A stretch of DNA of 43,151 nucleotides from Euryarchaeota archaeon UBA105 (lineage in GTDB: Archaea; Thermoplasmatota; Poseidoniia; Poseidoniales; Thalassarchaeaceae). The notes beneath the pieces were generated by a model, which did not search any database, was not told the DNA's origin, and worked only from the letters and a program-made list of their open reading frames with translations. Positions within the stretch are counted from its first letter, which is position 1. Every line of letters starts with the position of its first letter. Both the position numbers and the translations under genes were made by a program. The stretch is taken from positions 1 through 43,151 of the forward strand of contig DALV01000102.1 of NCBI GenBank assembly GCA_002496905.1, read 5' to 3'. Shown here one piece after another: positions 34,767 to 43,151 of this stretch.

Positions 34767-35378
34767 GTGAATTTGGAAAGCTCTCTTGATTATCCTTGTC
34801 CGATTTGTAATTCAGAGAATGGATTAATTCTCAATGTTCACACATCAGAAATACCATACTTTGGCGAACACACAGAAATGACAATAATTTGCAACGAGTG
34901 TGGTTGGAGGAACACCGATTTTATACCATCGGAAGGAAAGAAACCAAGCTTCTGGTCACTGGTTATCGATAATTCAGAGTTAATGACTACCAGAGTGGTT
35001 AGATCTTCATCTTGCACAGTGAGAATTGTCGAATTGGGCTTGGAAGTAGAACCCGGTGATAATGCGACAGGCTATATTTCCAACGTAGAGGGAGTGCTAA
35101 ATCGGTTTTCCGATGCGATCGCAATGATACAACGCAGTGCAATACGAGATGGCGAAGAAGGAAAGGAAAAAGTTGAATCCTGTCAAGAATTAATTGATAG
35201 AATATCTAAAATCAAGAATGGCGAAGAGCCCGTTGAACTATTGTTACTAGACCCAAATGGCCATTCTCAAATCTTACATGAGTCGGCTACATCAACAGAT
35301 TTGTCCGAGGAGGAAATCGCAGCCTTAGCCACAGGCCCTCAGATACCCATTTTCAATTCAAGCGACTTTGAAGAATAG
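34767..35378 (+). CDS. ZPR1-type zinc finger protein
   Basis: CPICNS...(21 aa)...CNECGW is the four-Cys ZPR1 knuckle with the intervening IPYFGE motif, followed by the ZPR1 A-domain-like beta region. The GTG start is 3 nt after the sepF stop. Confidence 0.75.
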   Translation: MNLESSLDYPCPICNSENGLILNVHTSEIPYFGEHTEMTIICNECGWRNTDFIPSEGKKPSFWSLVIDNSELMTTRVVRSSSCTVRIVELGLEVEPGDNATGYISNVEGVLNRFSDAIAMIQRSAIRDGEEGKEKVESCQELIDRISKIKNGEEPVELLLLDPNGHSQILHESATSTDLSEEEIAALATGPQIPIFNSSDFEE

Positions 35379-35382
35379 TTAC

Positions 35383-36783
35383 TTATTTTGCGTCCGGCGC
35401 TAGGAATTCCTCAAGGCGTCCTTCCCACATATCTCTCTTATCGGCTAATTCAGAAAGCCATTCGCTTGCTCTATCGATACAAATCTGCTTCATTTCCCCA
35501 GCCAATAGTTTTCCAGATTCGTATTCTCTGGCAATCTTTGTTAACTCTGAGTCGTCCTCTTCAAAGAAGAATTGTAAATACTGGAATGCAACATCCTTGG
35601 AACAATCGCCACCGAGTCTTCGATGTTCCTCTACAGTTGGTTGACCCCCACTAAATGCCCGCTTTACCTTCTTGCTCATTTCCTCCTGAGTATCGTCCAT
35701 GAAAATTGTAGTTTGTGGCTTAGAGGATGACATCTTTTCTCCAGTCAGCCCTATTGCAAACCTATGGTAGGTAGAACTTGGAGGCATTAGCCCCATTCCA
35801 CCCAAGTCTCGTTCGAGTCGGAGGATACACATTCGGACTTGAGCAATATCGGAGGTATTTGCCCCAGGAATGTCTAATGTTCCATGTTTTGGAATTGAAA
35901 TTAAATCAGAGTAACCCATTGGAGCTAATGATACCTTTAGTCTATCAAAAATTGACTCCCTTACTTGTCTATCTACCCTGCCATTTGGCGATACGCCAAA
36001 GGCTTCTGAGTTACTATCCTGAACTGATAGAGAAACCGTCAATCCTCCGGCTTTTCTAGTTTTTACGTTAAACCAATGGGTTTTTCCTGCAATTCCACGA
36101 GTGAGTCGCAAATGAGGATCTTGGTCAACACCAACTGGAACCACGATAGGTCGCAATCCTCCAAATTCTTCCAATTGCGGATGAATAATATCTCCAACCT
36201 GGACCAAAGGTGCTTGCACATGTGCTAGATTAGTGTCACCTTTGAAGCCATAAATCGCTTCAAATTCAGAAAGATTTGTTCTGCGCCCCAGAGAAAAAGC
36301 AAGTCTCTGAACTTCGGGGCGGCCGCTCTGAAAGTATACATTGGTAGATTTTGGATCAAGACCGAGTGCAGCGTAATTGTGGACATATTCCTTTAGAGCG
36401 GTTTTCCTTCCCTCTTCAAGGCTGGTTCCTCTAGTAGCTAAGGCTTCAAGGTCGGCTACTGTCACAGTGATGTCAGCACCTTGTTCCTGAAACCATCTAA
36501 CTTGCTCGATAACCATTGAATGACCTAAGTGCATCCTGCCGCTGGGCATGAGACCTGTCAATACACCAAACGGGTCAGAGCGCTCCATGCACCCAGTGAC
36601 AACATCGAGGTCTCTATGAGCGAAAATAATCCCCCTACGATGTAACATACTTGGATTAGGAACTTGAGTTAAATCAAGACTCTGTAGGCCGAATTGGTCA
36701 CGTATCCGAGCATAATCTGTAGATTGCTCCGAGGACCAAGGATCGATGCGACCGGCGTTTCCCACGCCCATACGAGAATACAC
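35383..36783 (-). CDS. trpS: Tryptophanyl-tRNA synthetase (archaeal/eukaryotic type) with an internal ~95-aa insertion
   Basis: The HIGH-type motif is PSGRMHLGH and the KMSKS-type motif is KMSSSKP. The C-terminal half is closely collinear with eukaryotic TrpRS (FSGGQPTVEEHRRLGGDCSKDVAFQYLQFFFEEDD...SGKLLAGEMK). Confidence 0.85.
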   Translation of the reverse strand: MYSRMGVGNAGRIDPWSSEQSTDYARIRDQFGLQSLDLTQVPNPSMLHRRGIIFAHRDLDVVTGCMERSDPFGVLTGLMPSGRMHLGHSMVIEQVRWFQEQGADITVTVADLEALATRGTSLEEGRKTALKEYVHNYAALGLDPKSTNVYFQSGRPEVQRLAFSLGRRTNLSEFEAIYGFKGDTNLAHVQAPLVQVGDIIHPQLEEFGGLRPIVVPVGVDQDPHLRLTRGIAGKTHWFNVKTRKAGGLTVSLSVQDSNSEAFGVSPNGRVDRQVRESIFDRLKVSLAPMGYSDLISIPKHGTLDIPGANTSDIAQVRMCILRLERDLGGMGLMPPSSTYHRFAIGLTGEKMSSSKPQTTIFMDDTQEEMSKKVKRAFSGGQPTVEEHRRLGGDCSKDVAFQYLQFFFEEDDSELTKIAREYESGKLLAGEMKQICIDRASEWLSELADKRDMWEGRLEEFLAPDAK

Positions 36784-36864
36784 TCCTCAATCAACTAATC
36801 GCCCCAATAATGGGACAAACACTCAACTGCAATCAGTCAAGAACTAAACCGGCTTGGGGTAATT

Positions 36865-37920
36865 ATGGCCGTCGTGCATTGTTTGGGAACAGGATTGGTC
36901 GGTGCGTGGGTTGCAAAACGTCTAGCAACACTGGGGCATGAGGTTCACGCCTATGATCTTCAGCCGCATCGAGTCATGGGGATTGATGGAATTACGGTGC
37001 ATACAGGAGACGTATTAGACAATTTGATGTCAATGAGCAGAAATGGCCAAGTTGACATAGTTCTGAATATGCTACCCGGCGATATAGGACATATTGCAAC
37101 CACCAATCTCGCAGAAAGTAGATATCGCGTGGTAGATTTAAGTTTCAGCAAACATACACCAGATAGGGATAATCAAAAGGCTCAAGATTACGGTGCTAGG
37201 ATTCTTTGGGATGTAGGTATAGCACCTGGTTTATCGAATATGTTGCTAGCCTACGCAGATAGAAAAATCGGACCTTTGGAGAAAGCTGAAATTTGGGTAG
37301 GAGGGAATCCCACCGGACCGTATGGAGAATGGAAGTATATGGCTCCATTTTCACCTATTGATGTAATTGCAGAATATACTCGGCCAGCGAGGGTAATTCG
37401 TCAGGGAGAAGAGGTTACTCTTCCTGCGTTAACTCAACGCCATATGGTAGATACGGGAGAACATGGTGAAATGGAAGCTTTTCTTACAGATGGATTACGT
37501 TCTGTGCTGAAATCAATTCCAGCAGTAGAAATGTCCGAATTTACCGTTCGATGGCCCGGCCATATCCAGAAATTTATCGAAGAAAAAGAATCAGGACGAT
37601 TAGATGAAGAAAATTTAATTTTTGAATGGAGTTATGATCATAAAATTCCTGAATTTACCTGGATGAAGGTTAGAGCCGAGTCAAGTAGTGGAGAAGTTTT
37701 GGAATGGGAGGTTGAGGACCATGGAGGAGATGATGGTCATTCCATGGCCCGAGCAACTGGAATGGTAACAGCATGTTGTGTAGAAGCTTGGATGCAAGAC
37801 CCGGATATGTTACCAGTAGGAGTACATGCACCAGAATCATTAGCTAACGATATAATTTCCAATATTATCAAGACTATGAAATTGAATAATATACGTATAG
37901 ATGGCCCGGATATTGCTTAG
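36865..37920 (+). CDS. Saccharopine dehydrogenase-family NAD(P)-binding oxidoreductase
   Basis: It has an N-terminal Rossmann motif (CLGTGLVGAWVAKRL) and GIAPGLSNML. The C-terminal domain has the PIDVIAEYTRPA pattern typical of Sacchrp_dh. Confidence 0.7.
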   Translation: MAVVHCLGTGLVGAWVAKRLATLGHEVHAYDLQPHRVMGIDGITVHTGDVLDNLMSMSRNGQVDIVLNMLPGDIGHIATTNLAESRYRVVDLSFSKHTPDRDNQKAQDYGARILWDVGIAPGLSNMLLAYADRKIGPLEKAEIWVGGNPTGPYGEWKYMAPFSPIDVIAEYTRPARVIRQGEEVTLPALTQRHMVDTGEHGEMEAFLTDGLRSVLKSIPAVEMSEFTVRWPGHIQKFIEEKESGRLDEENLIFEWSYDHKIPEFTWMKVRAESSSGEVLEWEVEDHGGDDGHSMARATGMVTACCVEAWMQDPDMLPVGVHAPESLANDIISNIIKTMKLNNIRIDGPDIA

Positions 37921-37935
37921 TTAATTCGACAATTG

Positions 37936-39036
37936 TCAATTATGAAGGTCCCTTGAAATTACAAATCTTACAGCGATTGGAGTAGCGATTAATATCCCGA
38001 TAGCCAAAACAGGTAGCCTCCAATCCATTTCCAATGCTGCAGGCCTCTCTATTAACCATGTAAAGCGAAGTGGTGAATTATGAAAATCAGAGGTCCAATC
38101 GTGCAGGTTTGTGACGTGGTGGCCGACTATACTTACAGAATGGTGTAATCCATTGAAAGTAATTTGCGGAGTGTGCGAAACTGAAACTTCTTCGGATTCA
38201 AAGAAGAATTCGACAACGACTCCTGGTTCTGCTGTAACATATGCTCCTCCGTCAACTGGCCGTATACCGGTTATCAGATGCTTTTGAGACGCTGGGATAA
38301 CTAACGCCTCTTTGCCATCAAATTGAATACTTGTGGGAGGTTCTGACCATTCGAATAAGGCCGTCCCTGGGACTGCCCAAAAAGAATCGGATAATGTGGG
38401 GATTCTGTATGTCTTTACCTGTGGATCTGAAGTCAAAATTGTGTCATATGACTCTCCAGATACTTTGTGACCATGCCACTCACCCCAAGTAGTAAACCAA
38501 ACCTCTTGAGATTTGAGCAAGGAAATTGCATCTTTATCCTCCCTGATATTCATATCGTGCCATCTAGCAATCCAATAGATACTGACTAGGCTGTCTCGTT
38601 CAGCATTTTCCAGAGCCGACAAATTGGCTTGTCCTTTTTCAAGGCTGGTTAATCGTTCTACAACATTTAATCCATTATCGTCGCCTTCAATCCTATCTCC
38701 AATAATTGAAAATCCAGCATCAGATATTAAACGAGCAATATCTTCTGTCACGGGACCATTTGGATGACCGAAGGAAATCGTTTGAGAGCCCCAACGTGAT
38801 GCATCAGTGAGTCGATTTACGTAATCTCTACACTCTTCAATTACCCATGGCTCCTCTCTAACGTCTATCCCTTCAAAGCCATGGCAGCCAAATTCATCCC
38901 CGAGTTCAAGCCTTTCTGGCCCGATGATATTTCTGAGCCAATTATCATCTTCCCATTCAGCAACAACTGCGGGCGCAGTCATTGGTAGCAAAATTATGCA
39001 ACACATAACTAGACAGAGTACTCTAGGTATGCTCAC
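37936..39036 (-). CDS. Exported hypothetical protein with C-terminal TM anchor
   Basis: It has a signal peptide (LCLVMCCIILLPMTAPAVVA) and a C-terminal helix (LPVLAIGILIATPIAVRFVI). No domain was recognised. Confidence 0.5.
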   Translation of the reverse strand: MSIPRVLCLVMCCIILLPMTAPAVVAEWEDDNWLRNIIGPERLELGDEFGCHGFEGIDVREEPWVIEECRDYVNRLTDASRWGSQTISFGHPNGPVTEDIARLISDAGFSIIGDRIEGDDNGLNVVERLTSLEKGQANLSALENAERDSLVSIYWIARWHDMNIREDKDAISLLKSQEVWFTTWGEWHGHKVSGESYDTILTSDPQVKTYRIPTLSDSFWAVPGTALFEWSEPPTSIQFDGKEALVIPASQKHLITGIRPVDGGAYVTAEPGVVVEFFFESEEVSVSHTPQITFNGLHHSVSIVGHHVTNLHDWTSDFHNSPLRFTWLIERPAALEMDWRLPVLAIGILIATPIAVRFVISRDLHN

Positions 39037-39116
39037 AAGAATAGGGGGTAGTATGTATCAGAAGAAGTCATCGCACCTACGCAAAGCAATAATGCAGAGG
39101 ATTAGTCGGAGGAACG

Positions 39117-39893
39117 ATGGCCGGCTTGTCCGCTGATTCTTTAGAAACGGTGGCGAGATTGACCGGGCTTGAGGGGTCGGGTAAAAATCATTCAACCCCA
39201 ATGTTTTACAAAGGTTTGATTGAATTATCCCCATCATTAGTTAGAACGATAACTAATGTAAGTTACAATGGAGTAAATAGAATTCCAAAAAATGGACCCG
39301 CCATACTGGTTGGTAACCACACATCGCACATCGACCCAATTGTCAAAATAATGGGGGCGAAAAGGCCTGTACATTATCTCGCAAAAGCAGAACATTTTGA
39401 AGACAAAAAATTCCAGAAATTGATGACTTCTACAGGACAAATTGAAACCTTTCGAGAATCAGGGGGCGTAGAAGCATTAGCAAGTGCTGTAGACGTTCTT
39501 TCAGGAGGGAATGTTATGGGTATATTCCCCGAGGGAACTCGCTCTAGATCAGATAAACCACCTTACCTTTCAAGGGGTAAGACTGGTGTTGCTCGATTAG
39601 CCGCTAGGTTTCCAGAAGTGCCAGTTGTACCAATGGCAATTATTGGTGCAAGAAAATTCATGGCACCGGGTTCTGCGGTGGTTAATCCATTGGCGAAAGT
39701 GCAAGTCAATGTCGATAACCCAATCACCTTTGGAGACTGGTTAGGCGATGAATCCGGAGGGAATATGTCCGATGAAGACATTTCCAACATTGCTGATTTA
39801 GACGAGCATGGCCAGAGGTCGATAATGAAATCACATTACAGAAGATTCACAGATCAATTAATCGAAAATTTAAGAGTATTGGGAGCGCCATAA
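39117..39893 (+). CDS. plsC: 1-acyl-sn-glycerol-3-phosphate acyltransferase-like (PlsC family)
   Basis: Acyltransferase block I is NHTSHIDP (H-x4-D) and block III is FPEGTRS. The size and spacing are typical. GGAGG lies upstream of the ATG. Confidence 0.8.
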   Translation: MAGLSADSLETVARLTGLEGSGKNHSTPMFYKGLIELSPSLVRTITNVSYNGVNRIPKNGPAILVGNHTSHIDPIVKIMGAKRPVHYLAKAEHFEDKKFQKLMTSTGQIETFRESGGVEALASAVDVLSGGNVMGIFPEGTRSRSDKPPYLSRGKTGVARLAARFPEVPVVPMAIIGARKFMAPGSAVVNPLAKVQVNVDNPITFGDWLGDESGGNMSDEDISNIADLDEHGQRSIMKSHYRRFTDQLIENLRVLGAP

Positions 39894-39973
39894 TCAAAAT
39901 TTCTTATGCGAAAATTTGAGTCAAGATATCCGCATCCTTCATGGACTTCGGAGGTTCTGTAGGTTTAGTTGAC

Positions 39974-40768
39974 ATGGAGCAATACCTAGCATTCCTCGAA
40001 CGGATCCTTGACGAAGGGATTGAAAAATCAGATCGTACTGGCACTGGAACAATTTCACTTTTCGGCCACCAAATGCGATTTGACTTATCCGAATCTTTTC
40101 CAGCCGTGACCACAAAAAAACTCCATTGGCCTAGTATAATCCATGAATTATTGTGGTTTTTATCTGGAGATACAAACGTTTCCTATCTACAGGAAAATAA
40201 CGTTCGAATATGGAACGAATGGGCTGACGAAGAAGGTGATCTTGGACCTGTTTATGGCAAACAATGGAGAAAATGGGAAACTAATGATGGCAGGATCGTA
40301 GACCAAATTGAAAACGCCATTGAAATGATAAAACAGAATCCAAATTCAAGAAGAATTATTGTTTCAGCTTGGAATGTTGGAGAATTGGAAGATATGGCAT
40401 TAATGCCTTGCCACGCTTTTTTCCAATTCTATGTCAACGAAGGAAAATTGTCCTGCCAATTATACCAAAGAAGCGCTGATGCTTTTCTCGGTGTCCCATT
40501 CAATATTTCTTCATACAGTCTACTAACCTGTATGATGGCTCAAGTATGCGGATTGCAACCCGGGGAATTTGTCTGGACTGGTGGAGATTGTCATTTGTAT
40601 TTGAACCACTTAGAACAAGCCAAGGAACAAATTTCTAGGACACCACTTCCAATGCCTAAACTCAAGTTAGATGAGACCATCTCAGAAATAGATGGATTTA
40701 CTGCAGAGAGTGTTGAGATTCTCAATTATGAGCATCACCCACATATTTCGGCGCCAATTTCTGTTTGA
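39974..40768 (+). CDS. thyA: Thymidylate synthase (ThyA, folate-dependent)
   Basis: The N-terminus is [36 protein letters not shown]. The active-site motif is [14 protein letters not shown], and [10 protein letters not shown] is present. It is collinear with E. coli ThyA from ATG 39974. Confidence 0.95.
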   Translation: MEQYLAFLERILDEGIEKSDRTGTGTISLFGHQMRFDLSESFPAVTTKKLHWPSIIHELLWFLSGDTNVSYLQENNVRIWNEWADEEGDLGPVYGKQWRKWETNDGRIVDQIENAIEMIKQNPNSRRIIVSAWNVGELEDMALMPCHAFFQFYVNEGKLSCQLYQRSADAFLGVPFNISSYSLLTCMMAQVCGLQPGEFVWTGGDCHLYLNHLEQAKEQISRTPLPMPKLKLDETISEIDGFTAESVEILNYEHHPHISAPISV

Positions 40769-40777
40769 GGTAATAAT

Positions 40778-41287
40778 ATGCGTATGTCGATGATTGTGGC
40801 TATGGATGAAGAGGGGTGTATTGGAAGGGGGGAAGGACTCCCTTGGCGTTTAGCTTCTGACATGGCTCGATTCAAACAATTGACTGAAGGAGACGGGTTT
40901 AACGCCGTTATTATGGGAAGGAAAACTTGGGATTCACTTCCCGAAGCATATCGGCCATTGCCCGAGCGATTAAACATCGTCATGTCAAGAGACACCGGAT
41001 GGGAAGCAGATGGGGCAGAGACTGCTCTATACATCGGCCGGGCCATAGAAATCGCCTATGCAGATGGTTGCGATGAATGCTGGATTATTGGCGGAGCTCA
41101 GATTTACCATATGTTTCTTGATCGTATAGAAGAAATTCATCTTACAACGGTCCAAACCAATAATAGTGGTGACGTGAAATTTCCAGAATGGAATCGTTCT
41201 GAATGGTCTGAGGAAGTTATCGAAAAATTGCAATCAGACTCCAATAACGAATACGACACTACATATTCCATTTGGACTAGGCGATAA
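40778..41287 (+). CDS. folA: Dihydrofolate reductase
   Basis: Motifs present are IVAMDEEGCIGRGEGLPWRL, VIMGRKTWDSLP and WIIGGAQIY. GAGGT lies upstream. Confidence 0.9.
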   Translation: MRMSMIVAMDEEGCIGRGEGLPWRLASDMARFKQLTEGDGFNAVIMGRKTWDSLPEAYRPLPERLNIVMSRDTGWEADGAETALYIGRAIEIAYADGCDECWIIGGAQIYHMFLDRIEEIHLTTVQTNNSGDVKFPEWNRSEWSEEVIEKLQSDSNNEYDTTYSIWTRR

Positions 41288-41288
41288 C

Positions 41289-41690
41289 ATGAATTTTCGC
41301 GACTTGTTCGCAATCTTAGGCGGTTCATTTTTCGTTTATGTAGGAGTATTGCACTTCACGGATACTGAATGGTTCGAACCAATTGTACCACCAATCCTTG
41401 GTTCGGCAAAATTTTGGGTTATCGCTAGTGGTTTAGTTGAAATTCTAGTTGGCGTTATGCTGATTATCCCCTCAATAAGATGGATGGGGGGATTTGCCAG
41501 CGCTAGTTTGTTGATTTGTCTATATCCGGCAAATCTGTACATGTGGGTTAATTCTGTCGAATTGGGTGATGGGGCGTCATTATCTCAGACTGGAAATCTG
41601 GTGCGGCTTGTATTACAATTAGGTGGAATTTGGATTAGTCTCTGGATTGCAGAATATGAAATTCAAAAGCCGTCACAAAACCTGAATTAA
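41289..41690 (+). CDS. DoxX-like small membrane protein
   Basis: It has four hydrophobic helices. The pattern F..LG..F...G..HF....F..IVPP.L.....WV..SG..E...G..L resembles DoxX-like families. The start is 1 nt after the folA stop. Confidence 0.5.
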   Translation: MNFRDLFAILGGSFFVYVGVLHFTDTEWFEPIVPPILGSAKFWVIASGLVEILVGVMLIIPSIRWMGGFASASLLICLYPANLYMWVNSVELGDGASLSQTGNLVRLVLQLGGIWISLWIAEYEIQKPSQNLN

Positions 41691-41749
41691 TCAAAATTTC
41701 AAAAATGCTGGGTTAAACTTAATCTCCTTCACAATGTATCGATAACCAA

Positions 41750-43151
41750 TGGTTAGTAACCCTAAGGTCCGGTTCGGCGAGGGGGGCGGATTTGATTTTA
41801 CTATACCAAGTGGATTTGTGATTATTCCTTGGGGTTTTTCTTTACTTTTGGTAGTATTCGGTATAATTGGGAGTATAGTTGGTCTAGTCGCAAACGATTG
41901 GGCGGCTGTAGCTGGAGGTGGAATTTTTGTCGTCCCTGGTTGCTTACTAGGGATGTGGCTAACCCCCACAAAATTGCAAAAGGAATTTGAAAAAATCAGA
42001 ATAGAAGAGAAACCCAGGGATTTTGTCCATCGTTCTGAAACTGGGGGTTTGACAGGAAATTTCTGGACTGGGAAATATTCGAAAAGTCCAAAAAAAGACG
42101 ATAGAGGATGGGTTTTCCAAGCCCCAGGTCCAGATTACTGGGACAAAGTAGACCCATATGGACCAGATGATACTGGAATTATTTCAGAACATCCCACCGT
42201 TGTAGGTACTCCAAAACCAGCAAGTTTCTCTCTTGATGGTGTTTTCATGTGCATTCTCGCTCTATACTCAATCCCAGCTACAATGGCCTCCGTAATGACT
42301 GGAGTAGCAATGCTCGAGGCGGGTGCGGAAGACGAGATTGCTGGAGTCGCCTGTGCATTGATTGTCGGGCCAGTTATTGGGTCCGTGCTATTTGCAATTG
42401 CGAGTTGGGTCACGGGAACTAAAATGCAGCTGACTATTGATGTTCCAACTTCAAAGATTAGGTCCATGGCTGCTGGTGAACTAGAGCTCGTGGGGCAAGT
42501 TCGAAGGTGGACATCACCCGCACCACCTGTTCTGGTAGGAGATGATCCTGCTCGCACTTACAATGACCTACATTCATGGAGATGGAAGTACGAAATATAT
42601 CTAAGAAGAACAAAAGTTGTGATGACAGATAAGGGGCCACGAACTGAAACCGAACACAGATGGGAGACTATTACAGAAAAACACGGTGGTCACAATTTCA
42701 TACTTCACGATGGGACTGGAGGAGTGCTTGTAAAACCCGAAAAGTTCCAAACACAAGAGCTTGGAACCTATATTCGTATGTGGGAAGTTGATCATAATCG
42801 TAACTTGGGAGAAATTTTTGGTTCACTAATCACTACTACTTTTGGCGGTTGGACGATACTTGAGCATAAGTGGACATTATGGGGACTGGCTTTAGGAGAC
42901 CCCTGTTACATCCTAGGAAAAGCCGAAAATCGGTCGAAGGATATGAAGAAAGAAGAATGGTTTGCTGAAGATGGTATTACACCTATACGAAGAAATAATC
43001 AACAACTCTTATTGCAAGTTGTAGGTGAAAGTGGAGTAGGTTTTGCTGCAAGATTGGAAAGAGGAAGTGAACTTGGAGTTCTTGGAAAGGTAAAGTCTCA
43101 GATTGAATATAAGATAATCCCCGGTATACTGGCAGCTGGTTGTTTGATGGG
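41750..43151 (+). CDS. Polytopic membrane protein with GIDE-like domain (3' end outside the window; not in the supplied ORF track)
   Basis: I translated this by hand. ATG 41750 follows an in-frame TAA, and the frame stays open to the window end (~467 codons). It has four TM helices, then ...IRSMAAGELELVGQVRR..., typical of the start of GIDE domains. Listed antisense ORFs 41691..41969, 42135..42557, 42458..42640 and 42601..42795 lie inside it. Confidence 0.5.

Noticed and set aside
41691-42795. Minus-strand ORFs 41691..41969, 42135..42557, 42458..42640 and 42601..42795
   Set aside because: All lie antisense within the long plus-strand frame that stays open from 41750 to the window end. That frame encodes coherent TM helices and a GIDE-like domain. 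The antisense products are Pro/Ser/Thr-rich with no motif.
1-43151. CRISPR arrays, rRNA genes, IS elements, and prophage or defence-island signatures
   Set aside because: Reading through the intergenic gaps found no direct-repeat/spacer periodicity. No gap except the SRP, topA and psmB-sepF regions exceeds ~120 bp. No transposase, integrase, Cas or restriction-modification motif was seen in any listed translation. I could not run a computational repeat search, so short dispersed repeats may have been missed.

Overview
This is a densely coding, AT-rich archaeal chromosome segment with almost no non-coding space. Archaeal information-processing genes are present: tRNA-splicing endonuclease, family B DNA polymerase, aCPSF1/FttA ribonuclease, proteasome beta subunit, SepF, a ZPR1 zinc-finger protein, a eukaryote/archaea-type TrpRS and an archaeal-size SRP RNA. 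They are interleaved with bacterial-type metabolic and envelope genes: TopA-like type IA topoisomerase, PntAB transhydrogenase, an MqnC/E radical-SAM enzyme, CcmE, a PlsC-type acyltransferase, ThyA-FolA, class 2 DHODH and malate dehydrogenase. There are also many exported or anchored proteins (S8 and M6 peptidases, a PKD protein). This mix fits a marine heterotrophic Thermoplasmatota-like archaeon such as Marine Group II/Poseidoniales, but the window alone cannot prove it. I found no CRISPR array, rRNA, transposase, integrase or obvious mobile element. Three genes are absent from the ORF track: an SRP (7S) RNA on the minus strand (~2358..2670), a tRNA-Pro(UGG) (29289..29366, minus), and a 3'-open ORF (41750..43151, plus) encoding a GIDE-like membrane protein. 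The best candidates for undescribed biology are as follows. (1) A family B polymerase with eroded exonuclease and polymerase motifs is translationally coupled to an 85-aa ORF. A RecA/RadB-fold protein lacking Walker motifs converges on it and overlaps its 3' end by 115 nt. (2) A tightly packed envelope module encodes an exported beta-rich protein, a TatC homolog fused to a Cys-rich cytoplasmic domain, and an M6-like metalloprotease. (3) A ~50-bp alternating-CG, palindrome-dense tract lies just upstream of the topoisomerase I gene. All functional calls come from reading motifs in the translations. No database search was run.
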